A DNA stretch of 64,000 nt from Deltaproteobacteria bacterium (GTDB lineage: Bacteria > Desulfobacterota > Anaeroferrophillalia > Anaeroferrophillales > Tharpellaceae): NCBI GenBank assembly GCA_016938065.1, contig JAFGVI010000086.1, positions 2,155 through 66,154 of the forward strand, read 5' to 3'. The notes under the pieces are model-generated. The model saw nothing but the letters and a program-made list of their open reading frames with translations. It had not been told where the DNA came from and did no database searches. The position numbers and the translations under genes are program-made. Shown here piece after piece: positions 51,184 through 61,528 of the stretch. Position 1 is the stretch's first letter. Each line of letters starts with the position of its first letter.

Positions 51184-52335
51184 GTGACTAATAAAAAAAC
51201 AGTACTTCTTTTGCTCTGGCTGATTGCCGCCATGTTGCCGGCCGGGGGCGGCTGCACCCGGCTGCCTTTCCTGCCCCACCTTGAGATTGACCGTTTTGCC
51301 GAAAGCAATGACGCCATCGAAACCATGGAGGTTATGGGGGTTCTCTACACCAGGGTAGTCAACCCCAAAGCGGCAGCAGATGCAGGCGCGCCACCGGCCA
51401 TCTGGATTCCGGCACAGGTCTTTCAGGCCGGCAGCTATACCGCTTACACAGCGGACTTGCCTAAAGCCAGAGAGATCAGCATCGTGGGCAAAAGTCCGAC
51501 CCCGGACAACCATGCCGCCACTGCGGTTACGGCCAATCCTCTGCTGACCAGCTTGGCCGGCACGGAAGAGACGCTAGCCGAAAAGCCTTCGGCCCCGCCG
51601 TTGACCCTGCGCCGCCGGGTACTCTTATTTCCATCGCAGTGCAGCCTGCAACACCCGGATATGGCTACTTTTTTAAGCCTGGAACTGGAGGATAAACTCC
51701 CTCTACGCGTAATTGACTGTCAGGATCAGCTCCTGCGGGAAAAGAACCGTTTACTCAATCAGGACTCAGAAATCAAAGAGGCGGTCAGGGGCTGGCTGAA
51801 GGCCTCGACAAAATTACCAACGGTGCAGTTTATTATTTTCCTGTCGACAACCCCGGGACGAAATTATCAATACTATACCTGCAACTTTATCGATGCTCAG
51901 ACCGGAGTTGAATCCGCCTCATTCACCTTCCGGCAAAACCTGAAGGGAGCATGGCTGCTTCCTCTGGTTCCCAACGACCCGACCCCGCTGCGGCGCCTGA
52001 TTGAATCGACCACCTGGTGGACCTCCGTCGGCAACGGCCAGGAGCCTGACAGCTATCTGCTGGCGGCCGGTCATCGCAGCGACCTGCTTTATGGCAAAAC
52101 GCTGCAGGTTTTTCGCGCAAGCGAGCCGGTCACAGACCCGAAAAATAGAAACATCCTGGGTTATGCCTTCACTGAGCCTTTGGGCGAAATTTCGGTTGTC
52201 GATTTTTTTGGCGATGACAGCAGCATCGCCAAATCACGAGCCCCTCTCTCAGGCCGTTTCAACCAAGCCTATGCCGTGGAAATCAGCGAAAACACTGCGG
52301 AGAAGATGCCGGAAATTAACCCCGACCAGCAATGA
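51184..52335 (+). CDS. Exported (possibly lipo-) protein, paralogue of the preceding gene without the low-complexity region
   Basis: The GTG start immediately follows the TAA of the upstream gene. The signal peptide ends at ...MLPAGGG-C. NFIDAQTGVESASFTF and ISVVDFFGDDSSI align with LQLIDTATGYPVKTYTL and VKIVDFFGLDGAI of the upstream protein. Confidence 0.55.
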   Translation: MTNKKTVLLLLWLIAAMLPAGGGCTRLPFLPHLEIDRFAESNDAIETMEVMGVLYTRVVNPKAAADAGAPPAIWIPAQVFQAGSYTAYTADLPKAREISIVGKSPTPDNHAATAVTANPLLTSLAGTEETLAEKPSAPPLTLRRRVLLFPSQCSLQHPDMATFLSLELEDKLPLRVIDCQDQLLREKNRLLNQDSEIKEAVRGWLKASTKLPTVQFIIFLSTTPGRNYQYYTCNFIDAQTGVESASFTFRQNLKGAWLLPLVPNDPTPLRRLIESTTWWTSVGNGQEPDSYLLAAGHRSDLLYGKTLQVFRASEPVTDPKNRNILGYAFTEPLGEISVVDFFGDDSSIAKSRAPLSGRFNQAYAVEISENTAEKMPEINPDQQ

Positions 52336-52374
52336 AGGCAGAGATTATTACGGAAATTTATAAGGAGCAGGCCC

Positions 52375-54045
52375 ATGCAGCGACGCTCACACCAGATAAC
52401 TAAAGGCGCGGAAAGGGCGCCGCACCGCTCCCTGCTCAAAGCCATTGGTTTTACTGACAGCGAGCTGCAACGCCCTTTGATCGGCATCGCCCAGTCCGCC
52501 AACGAGGTTATACCCGGCCATATTCATCTTGACCGCATCTGTACCGCCGTCAAAGACGGAATCCGCATGGCCGGCGGCACGCCCATGGAATTTTCCACCA
52601 TCGGCATCTGCGACGGCATTGCCATGGGCCACGAAGGCATGAAATACTCCCTCGCTTCGCGGGAGCTGATTGCCGATTCGGTGGAAAGCATGGCCCGGGC
52701 CTACCCCTTTGACGGCCTGGTACTGCTGCCGAACTGCGATAAGATTGTTCCCGGCATGATCATGGCCGGAGCCCGCCTCGACCTGCCCACGATCGTCATC
52801 AGCGGGGGGCCGATGCGCACCGGCATCTGCAACGGCAGAGAAGTCGATCTGATCACGGTTTTTGAAGGCATGGGCAAATTACGGGTCGGCGAACTCAGCC
52901 CGGAAGAGCTGACTCAGCTAGAAGATACGGCCTGCCCCGGAGCCGGCTCCTGCAGCGGCATGTTTACCGCCAATTCCATGAACTGTCTGACCGAGGCTTT
53001 AGGTATCGCCCTGCCGGGTAACGGCACGACGCTCGCGGTTGACGCCGCCCGTATTCGCTTGGCCAAAGAGAGCGGCATGGCGATTATGCATCTGGTTGAA
53101 AAAAATATTACCTTCCGCCGGATTTTAACCAGGGCCGCCTTTGACAACGCACTGGCCGTAGACATGGCCTTTGGCGGCTCAACCAATACTTCTCTGCATC
53201 TGCCCGCTATCGCCTATGAAGCCGGCATCTCGCTGCCCCTTGCCGATTTCAATCTGGCCAGTCTCAAAACCCCCCATATCTGCAATATGTCGCCGGGCGG
53301 TCCCGACCATATGGAAAACCTGCATCAGGCCGGCGGGGTCAGCGCGATTATGAAGACTCTGGCTGAAAAAAAACTGTTGCACGAAAACTGTATGACCGTC
53401 AGCGGCAGAACCATCGGCGAGATTATTGCTGACCCGAGGGTCAAGGTTTTTAACCAAAAAACCATCAGGCCGCTGCACGAGCCCTACCACGCAACCGGAG
53501 GGTTGGCGATCCTAACCGGAAATCTGGCCCCCGATGGTGCCGTGGTCAAGCAGTCTGCCGTCGCCCCTGAAATGCTGCAGCATCAGGGGCCGGCCCGGGT
53601 TTTTAACACCGAAGAGGATGCGTTTACGGCCATCATTGAGCAAACGATCAAGAAAGGCGATATTATCGTCATTCGTTACGAAGGACCGCAAGGAGGCCCG
53701 GGGATGCGGGAAATGCTCTCCCCGACGGCAGCTCTGGCCGGCATCGGACTCGATAAAGATGTCGCCCTGCTGACCGACGGCCGTTTTTCCGGGGGTACCC
53801 GCGGAGCCGCTATCGGTCATATCTCACCGGAAGCCAGTGCCGGAGGTCTGATCGGCCTGGTAGAAGAGGGGGATCAGATTAAAATCGATATACCCGGGCG
53901 CACCCTTGAGCTTTTAGTTGACAAGCAAGAAATCGAACTGCGCAAAAGCAAATGGTTGAAACCGCCGGCCAAGGTTACCCGAGGATATCTGGCCCGTTAC
54001 GCCCGGCAGGTTGGTTCCGCCGCCCAGGGTGCGGTGATGAGCTGA
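52375..54045 (+). CDS. ilvD: Dihydroxy-acid dehydratase
   Basis: [28 protein letters not shown] and the SGGTRG-type motifs give an unambiguous IlvD/Edd family member of about 556 aa. Confidence 0.95.
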   Translation: MQRRSHQITKGAERAPHRSLLKAIGFTDSELQRPLIGIAQSANEVIPGHIHLDRICTAVKDGIRMAGGTPMEFSTIGICDGIAMGHEGMKYSLASRELIADSVESMARAYPFDGLVLLPNCDKIVPGMIMAGARLDLPTIVISGGPMRTGICNGREVDLITVFEGMGKLRVGELSPEELTQLEDTACPGAGSCSGMFTANSMNCLTEALGIALPGNGTTLAVDAARIRLAKESGMAIMHLVEKNITFRRILTRAAFDNALAVDMAFGGSTNTSLHLPAIAYEAGISLPLADFNLASLKTPHICNMSPGGPDHMENLHQAGGVSAIMKTLAEKKLLHENCMTVSGRTIGEIIADPRVKVFNQKTIRPLHEPYHATGGLAILTGNLAPDGAVVKQSAVAPEMLQHQGPARVFNTEEDAFTAIIEQTIKKGDIIVIRYEGPQGGPGMREMLSPTAALAGIGLDKDVALLTDGRFSGGTRGAAIGHISPEASAGGLIGLVEEGDQIKIDIPGRTLELLVDKQEIELRKSKWLKPPAKVTRGYLARYARQVGSAAQGAVMS

Positions 54046-54077
54046 CCGGAACTGAATCTTAAGAAGTGAGAAAAAAT

Positions 54078-54413
54078 ATGCAAGAGTGTCTTTTTTGCAG
54101 GATTATCAAAGGTGAAATTCCTTCTGAAAAAGTTTATGAAGATGAAAACCTCTACGCTTTTAAGGACATCAATCCCAAAGCACCGGTCCATCTTTTAATT
54201 ATTCCCAAAAAACATTACGCTACCCTTAACGATCTGCCCGATGCGGAGATGGGAGTTATAGCCGAAATTCACTGCGTCATCAAAAAACTGGCGGCCGAAT
54301 TCGGTGTGGCCGAAAGCGGCTACCGGGTTCTGGCCAACGTCAATAAAGATGGCGGCCAGGTAGTCTATCATGTTCACTACCATCTGATCGGCGGCCGCCA
54401 ATTAAGAGTCTAA
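54078..54413 (+). CDS. HIT family (histidine triad nucleotide-binding) protein
   Basis: Has CLFCRIIKGEIP and the histidine triad HVHYHLIGG. ATG at 54078 is preferred over GTG at 54066. Confidence 0.85.
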   Translation: MQECLFCRIIKGEIPSEKVYEDENLYAFKDINPKAPVHLLIIPKKHYATLNDLPDAEMGVIAEIHCVIKKLAAEFGVAESGYRVLANVNKDGGQVVYHVHYHLIGGRQLRV

Positions 54414-54431
54414 CCCCAATGGTTCTCAGTT

Positions 54432-55427
54432 TTGCCTGCCCCCGGCCTTAACCTTACCAGTGACTATTATACCGGAGCCTATCCGAGTCTGCTCTGGGAG
54501 ATGACTGTCTGCCAGAGCCTGGGCGACGGTCATGGGACCTTTGCCCGGGCGCTTAAAAAACCGGCAGCTTACGGCTTTCTCCTGGCGGATTATCTGCAGC
54601 GGGAAACCTCACTGCCGGTGCAGTGCGGTAAAATCGTCGAGGTCGGCGGCGGTTACGGCACCCTGATGGCGGCCCTGCTTGAGGCTCTTAAGCCACAGTC
54701 GGTTACGATGGTTGATATCTCGCCGACACTTTTAGAAAAACAAAAAATTCGTCTAAAAAAGCATCCGGCTGCCTTTCACTGCGAAGATATCTTCTCCTGG
54801 CTTAAAGGTCTCAAAACATCGCTGGACCTTCTCATTCTTAATGAAATTATCGGTGATTTTCCAACGATCACCAATATCGCAAAAAACGCTCTCTCCGCTT
54901 GCCAGCCGGGGAAAAAGGTCAAACCGAACCAGCTTCCGCTGCCGGCTGAATTAAACAGCCACGATCTGCTGGCCGAAGCCGCCCGGCTGATCAACACCTA
55001 TAAACTCAATATCGCCGACCTGCCCGAGACTTTCAATCTGAACTACGGCGCCTTACGCTTTATTGAACAGCTTGCTGAAACTGAAGTGGCGCGAACCTTT
55101 ATCAGCGAACACGGAAGCGATACTCTGGTACCCTATCCCTTTTCCCTCTATCCGGCAATCGTGCCGACTACCGACCGCAATCCACGCTGTATCAGGCTCA
55201 AAGATCACAATGAGTACAATATCCGTTTTGCTCATCTGGCGCAGATCGCCGAGGCCTTGAATTTCAAAGTCAAGCGCCTGCATCTGATGGATCTTCTGCA
55301 GGTCCGCTTTGATGATGAAATCGATTATCTCTTGCGTACCCGGCAACCGGTCAATGAAGAACAGGAAATTTTTCTCGAATTCTACGAACATATTGCCGAA
55401 TACCAAGGCATCATTCTGCAACGCTGA
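54432..55427 (+). CDS. Class I SAM-dependent methyltransferase, MidA/NDUFAF7-like (uncertain)
   Basis: Has the SAM motif I IVEVGGGYGTL and the later LILNEIIGDFP, reminiscent of NE(L/F)xDAxP in the MidA family. The start codon is uncertain: TTG at 54432 or an internal ATG. Confidence 0.6.
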   Translation: MPAPGLNLTSDYYTGAYPSLLWEMTVCQSLGDGHGTFARALKKPAAYGFLLADYLQRETSLPVQCGKIVEVGGGYGTLMAALLEALKPQSVTMVDISPTLLEKQKIRLKKHPAAFHCEDIFSWLKGLKTSLDLLILNEIIGDFPTITNIAKNALSACQPGKKVKPNQLPLPAELNSHDLLAEAARLINTYKLNIADLPETFNLNYGALRFIEQLAETEVARTFISEHGSDTLVPYPFSLYPAIVPTTDRNPRCIRLKDHNEYNIRFAHLAQIAEALNFKVKRLHLMDLLQVRFDDEIDYLLRTRQPVNEEQEIFLEFYEHIAEYQGIILQR

Positions 55428-55433
55428 CGGCAT

Positions 55434-55465
55434 AAAAAAACCGGCTTCGAGAAGCCGGTTTTTTT
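55434..55465. terminator. Bidirectional terminator between convergent genes
   Basis: A7, CCGGCTT, CGAG, AAGCCGG, T7. Confidence 0.8.
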
Positions 55466-55487
55466 ATGCCTGAAACATCTGAAAAAC

Positions 55488-57395
55488 TTATTTCCGCGCC
55501 TTACCGTAACCAATTTTAGTTACTACCTCTTCAATTTCCGCCAAAACCGAAGGATCATCAATAGTTGAAGGCATGCTGTAGGCCTCATTATCAGCAATCT
55601 TGCGCATGGTGCCGCGCAGAATTTTACCGGAGCGGGTCTTCGGCAGACGCGGCACCTCGGCCGCAATCCTGAAACAGGCTACCGGACCAATCTGATCACG
55701 CACCATCTGCACGCACTCTCTGGCGACCTCTTCCGGGGCTTTGCTAACCCCAGATTTCAAAACAAAGAAACCGACCGGTACCTGACCTTTAAGATTATCT
55801 TCAACCCCTAAAACGGCACATTCGGCCACATCGGGATGAGTCGCAACAATCTCCTCCATGCCGCCGGTGGAGAGACGATGACCAGCGACATTAATTACAT
55901 CATCAACCCGGCCCATGATGTAGATATAGCCATCCTCGTCGATATAGCCGCCATCACCGGTAAAATAGTAACCGGGGTAGACACTGACATAAGATTCAAC
56001 ATAACGCTGATCCTGCTGCCACAGGGTCGGCAGGCAGCCCGGCGGCAACGGCAGTTTGATGGTTACAATGCCTTCCTGATTCGGGCCTAACTCTTTACCC
56101 TCATTATCAAGAATTCTGACGGCAAAACCGGGTACGGCCTTGGTTGGTGAACCCGGCTTAATCGGAAACTGCTCAATACCGAGACAGTTCGCGGCAATCG
56201 CCCAGCCGGTTTCCGTCTGCCACCAGTGATCAATTACCGGAATGCCGAGCAGGTTGGCGGCCCAATGGTAGGTATCCGGGTCGAGACGCTCGCCGGCAAG
56301 GAAAAGATATTTAAAACAGGAGATGTCATATTTTTTGAGAAAATCACCGTTGGGGTCCTCTTTTTTTATCGCCCGAAAAGCGGTCGGGGCGGTAAACAGA
56401 ACCTTGACCTGATGCTCCGAAATCACACGCCAGAAAGCACCGGCATCCGGAGTGCCGATCGGTTTTCCCTCGTAAAGAATAGTTGTGCAGCCGAGAAAGA
56501 GAGGCGCATAAACAATATAGGAGTGGCCGACAACCCAGCCGACATCAGAGGCCGCCCAGTAGACATCTCCAGGCTCAACGCCATAAACCTGCCGCATACT
56601 CTGCTTTAAGGCAACCACATGGCCACCGTTATCCCGGACAACCCCTTTGGGAATCCCGGTCGTGCCGGAGGTATAGAGAATATAGAGAGGATCAGTCGCG
56701 GCAACCGTCGTGCAGCCAACCGGCTCGGCGGCGGCGTAGAGCTCATTCCAGTCATAGTCACGACCGGCAATCAACTCCGACTGCACCTGCGGCCGCTGAA
56801 AGATAATGCACTTTTCCGGTTTCGCCACGGCCAGCTCAATCGCCTTGTCCAGCAACGGTTTATAGGGAAGCACCTTGGTGGCCCCTTCCAGACCGCAGGA
56901 AGCCGAGATCATCAGTTTGGGCTTGGCATCATTGATCCTGACAGCCAGTTCGTTGGGAGCGAAACCTCCGAAGACCACCGAATGTACCGCGCCGATACGG
57001 GCACAGGCAAGCATTGCGACAGCGGTTTCGGGAATCATCGGCATATAGATGATTGCGGTATCACCCTTGCGCAGACCCTGCGCCGTCAAAACCCCGGCAA
57101 AACGGGAAACCTGATCCAGAAGTTCGCCGTAGGTTATCTTTCTTACGGTATTGGTCTGGGGGCTGTCATAAATGATCGCCACCTGGTCGGCACGACCGTT
57201 TTCAACATGATAATCAATCGCATTGTAGCAGGTGTTAAGTTCGCCGCCGGTAAACCAGCTGTAAAAATTGGGCGCTCTGGAGTCATCGAGCACCTTGTCC
57301 CACTTTTTAACCCACTGCACATCTTCAGCTGCGCTCCCCCAGTATGTATCCGGTGACTCTATAGATTGACGATATATCTCTTCGTATTTACCCAT
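55488..57395 (-). CDS. Short-chain acyl-CoA synthetase, propionate-CoA ligase (PrpE/ACSS3)-like
   Basis: 635 aa. The N-terminal YWGSAAEDVQWVKKWDKVLD and YTSGTTGIPKGV, WWQTETG and the C-terminal SGKILR follow the Acs family layout, but the sequence and length are PrpE-like. Confidence 0.8.
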   Translation of the reverse strand: MGKYEEIYRQSIESPDTYWGSAAEDVQWVKKWDKVLDDSRAPNFYSWFTGGELNTCYNAIDYHVENGRADQVAIIYDSPQTNTVRKITYGELLDQVSRFAGVLTAQGLRKGDTAIIYMPMIPETAVAMLACARIGAVHSVVFGGFAPNELAVRINDAKPKLMISASCGLEGATKVLPYKPLLDKAIELAVAKPEKCIIFQRPQVQSELIAGRDYDWNELYAAAEPVGCTTVAATDPLYILYTSGTTGIPKGVVRDNGGHVVALKQSMRQVYGVEPGDVYWAASDVGWVVGHSYIVYAPLFLGCTTILYEGKPIGTPDAGAFWRVISEHQVKVLFTAPTAFRAIKKEDPNGDFLKKYDISCFKYLFLAGERLDPDTYHWAANLLGIPVIDHWWQTETGWAIAANCLGIEQFPIKPGSPTKAVPGFAVRILDNEGKELGPNQEGIVTIKLPLPPGCLPTLWQQDQRYVESYVSVYPGYYFTGDGGYIDEDGYIYIMGRVDDVINVAGHRLSTGGMEEIVATHPDVAECAVLGVEDNLKGQVPVGFFVLKSGVSKAPEEVARECVQMVRDQIGPVACFRIAAEVPRLPKTRSGKILRGTMRKIADNEAYSMPSTIDDPSVLAEIEEVVTKIGYGKARK

Positions 57396-57647
57396 TTAAA
57401 TCCCTCCTCAAAAAATCCGTTAATAAACTGCCTAACCAACGTTGAGAAACAAAAAAACAACCCGGAAAGTATTGCGAAAAAAAACGCAAAAGCAATTTAA
57501 GTAAAATACTGGTTTATCAGTAAACCATCATCCGTAAGATGTCAAGAGCAATCTGTATACAATAGCTCTTCACCTCAAGTGATTTTTATTTTTTCTTCCC
57601 CGCGCGAGTAAAATCACACAAAAGCAGCTGCCCCGACCCTCTTTGGA

Positions 57648-57663
57648 CGGTTAACGTAAACTG
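57648..57663. promoter_or_regulatory. Third copy of the GTTAACGT-core palindrome (CGGTTAACGTAAACTG), candidate operator
   Basis: Matches site 2 at 15 of 18 positions, including the trailing GC. It lies in the 737-bp divergent region between the PrpE-like and acs genes. Confidence 0.35.
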
Positions 57664-58132
57664 GCATATATTTGGAATAAAAGTAAAAAAACACAAAGAA
57701 TGCAACCTCTTCAGCAGGGCATGGCAGCATTGTTTGGCAATTATAGAATATTAAATAATATGATTAAAAGTGACAGGCAGGCGCTGCCGAAAACTATTCG
57801 GCCCACTCCCTTTGCGAAAACCAGACAACCCTTTGCATACTTTTTTCTTGACATTTTTATAACACTCTTATAGGAAACTAACGCTGATGCCGACCGCAGG
57901 CAAGTACGCTTACCGGAACATTTTCCTGTTTTTTAGCAGAAGAAAATATGTCTGTAAGGTAGCTGATCAGGACATTATTGAGACAAGCACACGGCCCGAT
58001 GGGTCGGAGAAATATATGTGTTTGCATTTTATATGTTTTAGGCAGTCTGCGGCCTTTCATGTCGCCACACCGGCAATCCGGAGAGTGGCCGGTTTAGCAG
58101 ACTTCAAACCTTAATACGCAGGAGGGATTTCA

Positions 58133-60109
<1,977 letters not shown>

Positions 60110-60149
60110 TCGGCCAAGATAAAAGTTGACCGAGTGAACGTTACACGCT

Positions 60150-60185
60150 AAAAGGGCGGGCTTTTACAAGCCCGCCCTTTTTTAT
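60150..60185 (+). terminator. Rho-independent terminator after acs
   Basis: GGGCGGGCTT (60154-60163), loop TTAC, AAGCCCGCCC (60168-60177), followed by T7. Confidence 0.8.
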
Positions 60186-60190
60186 GGACA

Positions 60191-61183
60191 GTGAAAATGA
60201 ATATCGGCATTACCTCCACCATTCCTGTTGAGGTTGTTTATGCGGCAGGAAAGATTCCCTGCGACCTCAACAATATCTTTATTAACGACCAAAACCCCGA
60301 GCGCTTCATCCGCCAGGCGGAAGAGGCCGGTTTTCCCCGAACGACCTGTGCCTGGATCAAAGGTATCTACGGCGTCATGCAGGAGGTGCACAGTGAAAGA
60401 AAATTAGACACCATTATTATTGTCAGCGGCGGCGACTGCAGTAACACTATTGCCCTGGGAGAAGTCTTAAAACATGACGGCAAAAGGGTCATCTCTTTCA
60501 GCTACCCCGTTAAACCCGACCTTGATGAGATGGAACAGACTATCGGCAAACTGGCTCGTGAACTTGGTGCAGAGCCCGATGAAATTTCAGCCTGTAAAAA
60601 ACACCTTGATACGATCCGGCTCAAACTCAAGACCATCGACCGGCTCACCTGGCAGAAAATGGTGGTCTCCGGGGATGAGAACCTGCGTTATCTGGTCAGC
60701 TCAAGTGATTTTAACGCTAATCCCGATCAGTTTGCCTGCGAAATTGACAGTTTCCTCGAAGAAGTCCATCATCGTCAGCCCATAAAGAAAAAAATCCGTC
60801 TTGGTCTTGCCGGAGTCCCTCCCATCCTGAATAACCTCTACACGACCCTGGATCGCCTCGATGCGGCCGTGGTCTTTAATGAAGTCCCGCGCCAGTTCTC
60901 CTTGCCCTGGGCTCCAGACTGCAGCCTGGCTCAGCAATACACGCACTACACCTACCCCTATCAAGTCGAACGCCGCCTTGCCGATATCGCCCAAGCCTGC
61001 AGAGAACGTAAAATCGACGGCATCATTCACTATACCCAGTCTTTCTGCTTTCGTCAGATTGAGGATATCCTTTTCAAACGTATTCTTGCCGTACCGACGC
61101 TGACCCTCGAAGCTGATCAACCCGGACCTCTTGATGGCCGCACCCTGACCCGCATCGAAACCTTCATCGAAATGCTGCGGTGA
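60191..61183 (+). CDS. 2-hydroxyacyl-CoA dehydratase family protein (HgdB/BcrB-like subunit), lone copy
   Basis: 330 aa. The pattern GITSTIPVEVVYAAGKIP..., CAWIKG, and C-terminal CFRQIED...LTLEADQ is characteristic of the HGD-D/BcrAD_BadFG partner family. Confidence 0.7.
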   Translation: MKMNIGITSTIPVEVVYAAGKIPCDLNNIFINDQNPERFIRQAEEAGFPRTTCAWIKGIYGVMQEVHSERKLDTIIIVSGGDCSNTIALGEVLKHDGKRVISFSYPVKPDLDEMEQTIGKLARELGAEPDEISACKKHLDTIRLKLKTIDRLTWQKMVVSGDENLRYLVSSSDFNANPDQFACEIDSFLEEVHHRQPIKKKIRLGLAGVPPILNNLYTTLDRLDAAVVFNEVPRQFSLPWAPDCSLAQQYTHYTYPYQVERRLADIAQACRERKIDGIIHYTQSFCFRQIEDILFKRILAVPTLTLEADQPGPLDGRTLTRIETFIEMLR

Positions 61184-61434
61184 ACCTGAGTCTCTTGCCG
61201 CAGCTTACCATTCGTCCTTTTTTATATGTCGCGAAAAATGACACCCCTCACTTTTTTCTGACGGGACAGCCTTAAACCACACCAACTCTCTTCCCGTCCT
61301 CTCTGCCGCTAACCTCTTGACAACCGCAAAACTTCTCTCAAGCAAACTGCGCCACAAGCTATAATACTTTATTATCAACATCTTACAACTAACAATCAGG
61401 TTGCCGGTTTATTTTTCCTGTTCATTTCAGAACA

Positions 61435-61450
61435 CGGCACGCTGGTTGCT
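61435..61450 (+). promoter_or_regulatory. Sigma-54 (-24/-12) promoter upstream of the GGDEF gene
   Basis: CGGCACGCTGGTTGCTA compared with the consensus TGGCACG-N4-TTGCW. GG is at 61436-61437 and GC at 61448-61449, with canonical spacing. It lies about 80 nt upstream of ATG at 61529. Confidence 0.6.
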
Positions 61451-61528
61451 AAACAACAATCAAGAAGAGATAACTGAATAAAAAAGGGAATCAATTTTTC
61501 ATATCGCTAAGAGTCCGGAAAAAATCCT

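Noticed and set aside
50048-51513. Antisense or alternative-frame ORFs (118, 176 and 171 aa) across the low-complexity lipoprotein gene
   Set aside because: They are generated by the compositional bias of the low-complexity region. Only the + strand frame starting at 49849 joins a lipobox signal peptide to folded-looking C-terminal domains.
57722-57738. Sigma-54-like sequence TGGCAGCATTGTTTGGC in the acs upstream region
   Set aside because: The GG-to-GC spacing is two nucleotides too long, and the -12 element reads TTTGG rather than TTGC.
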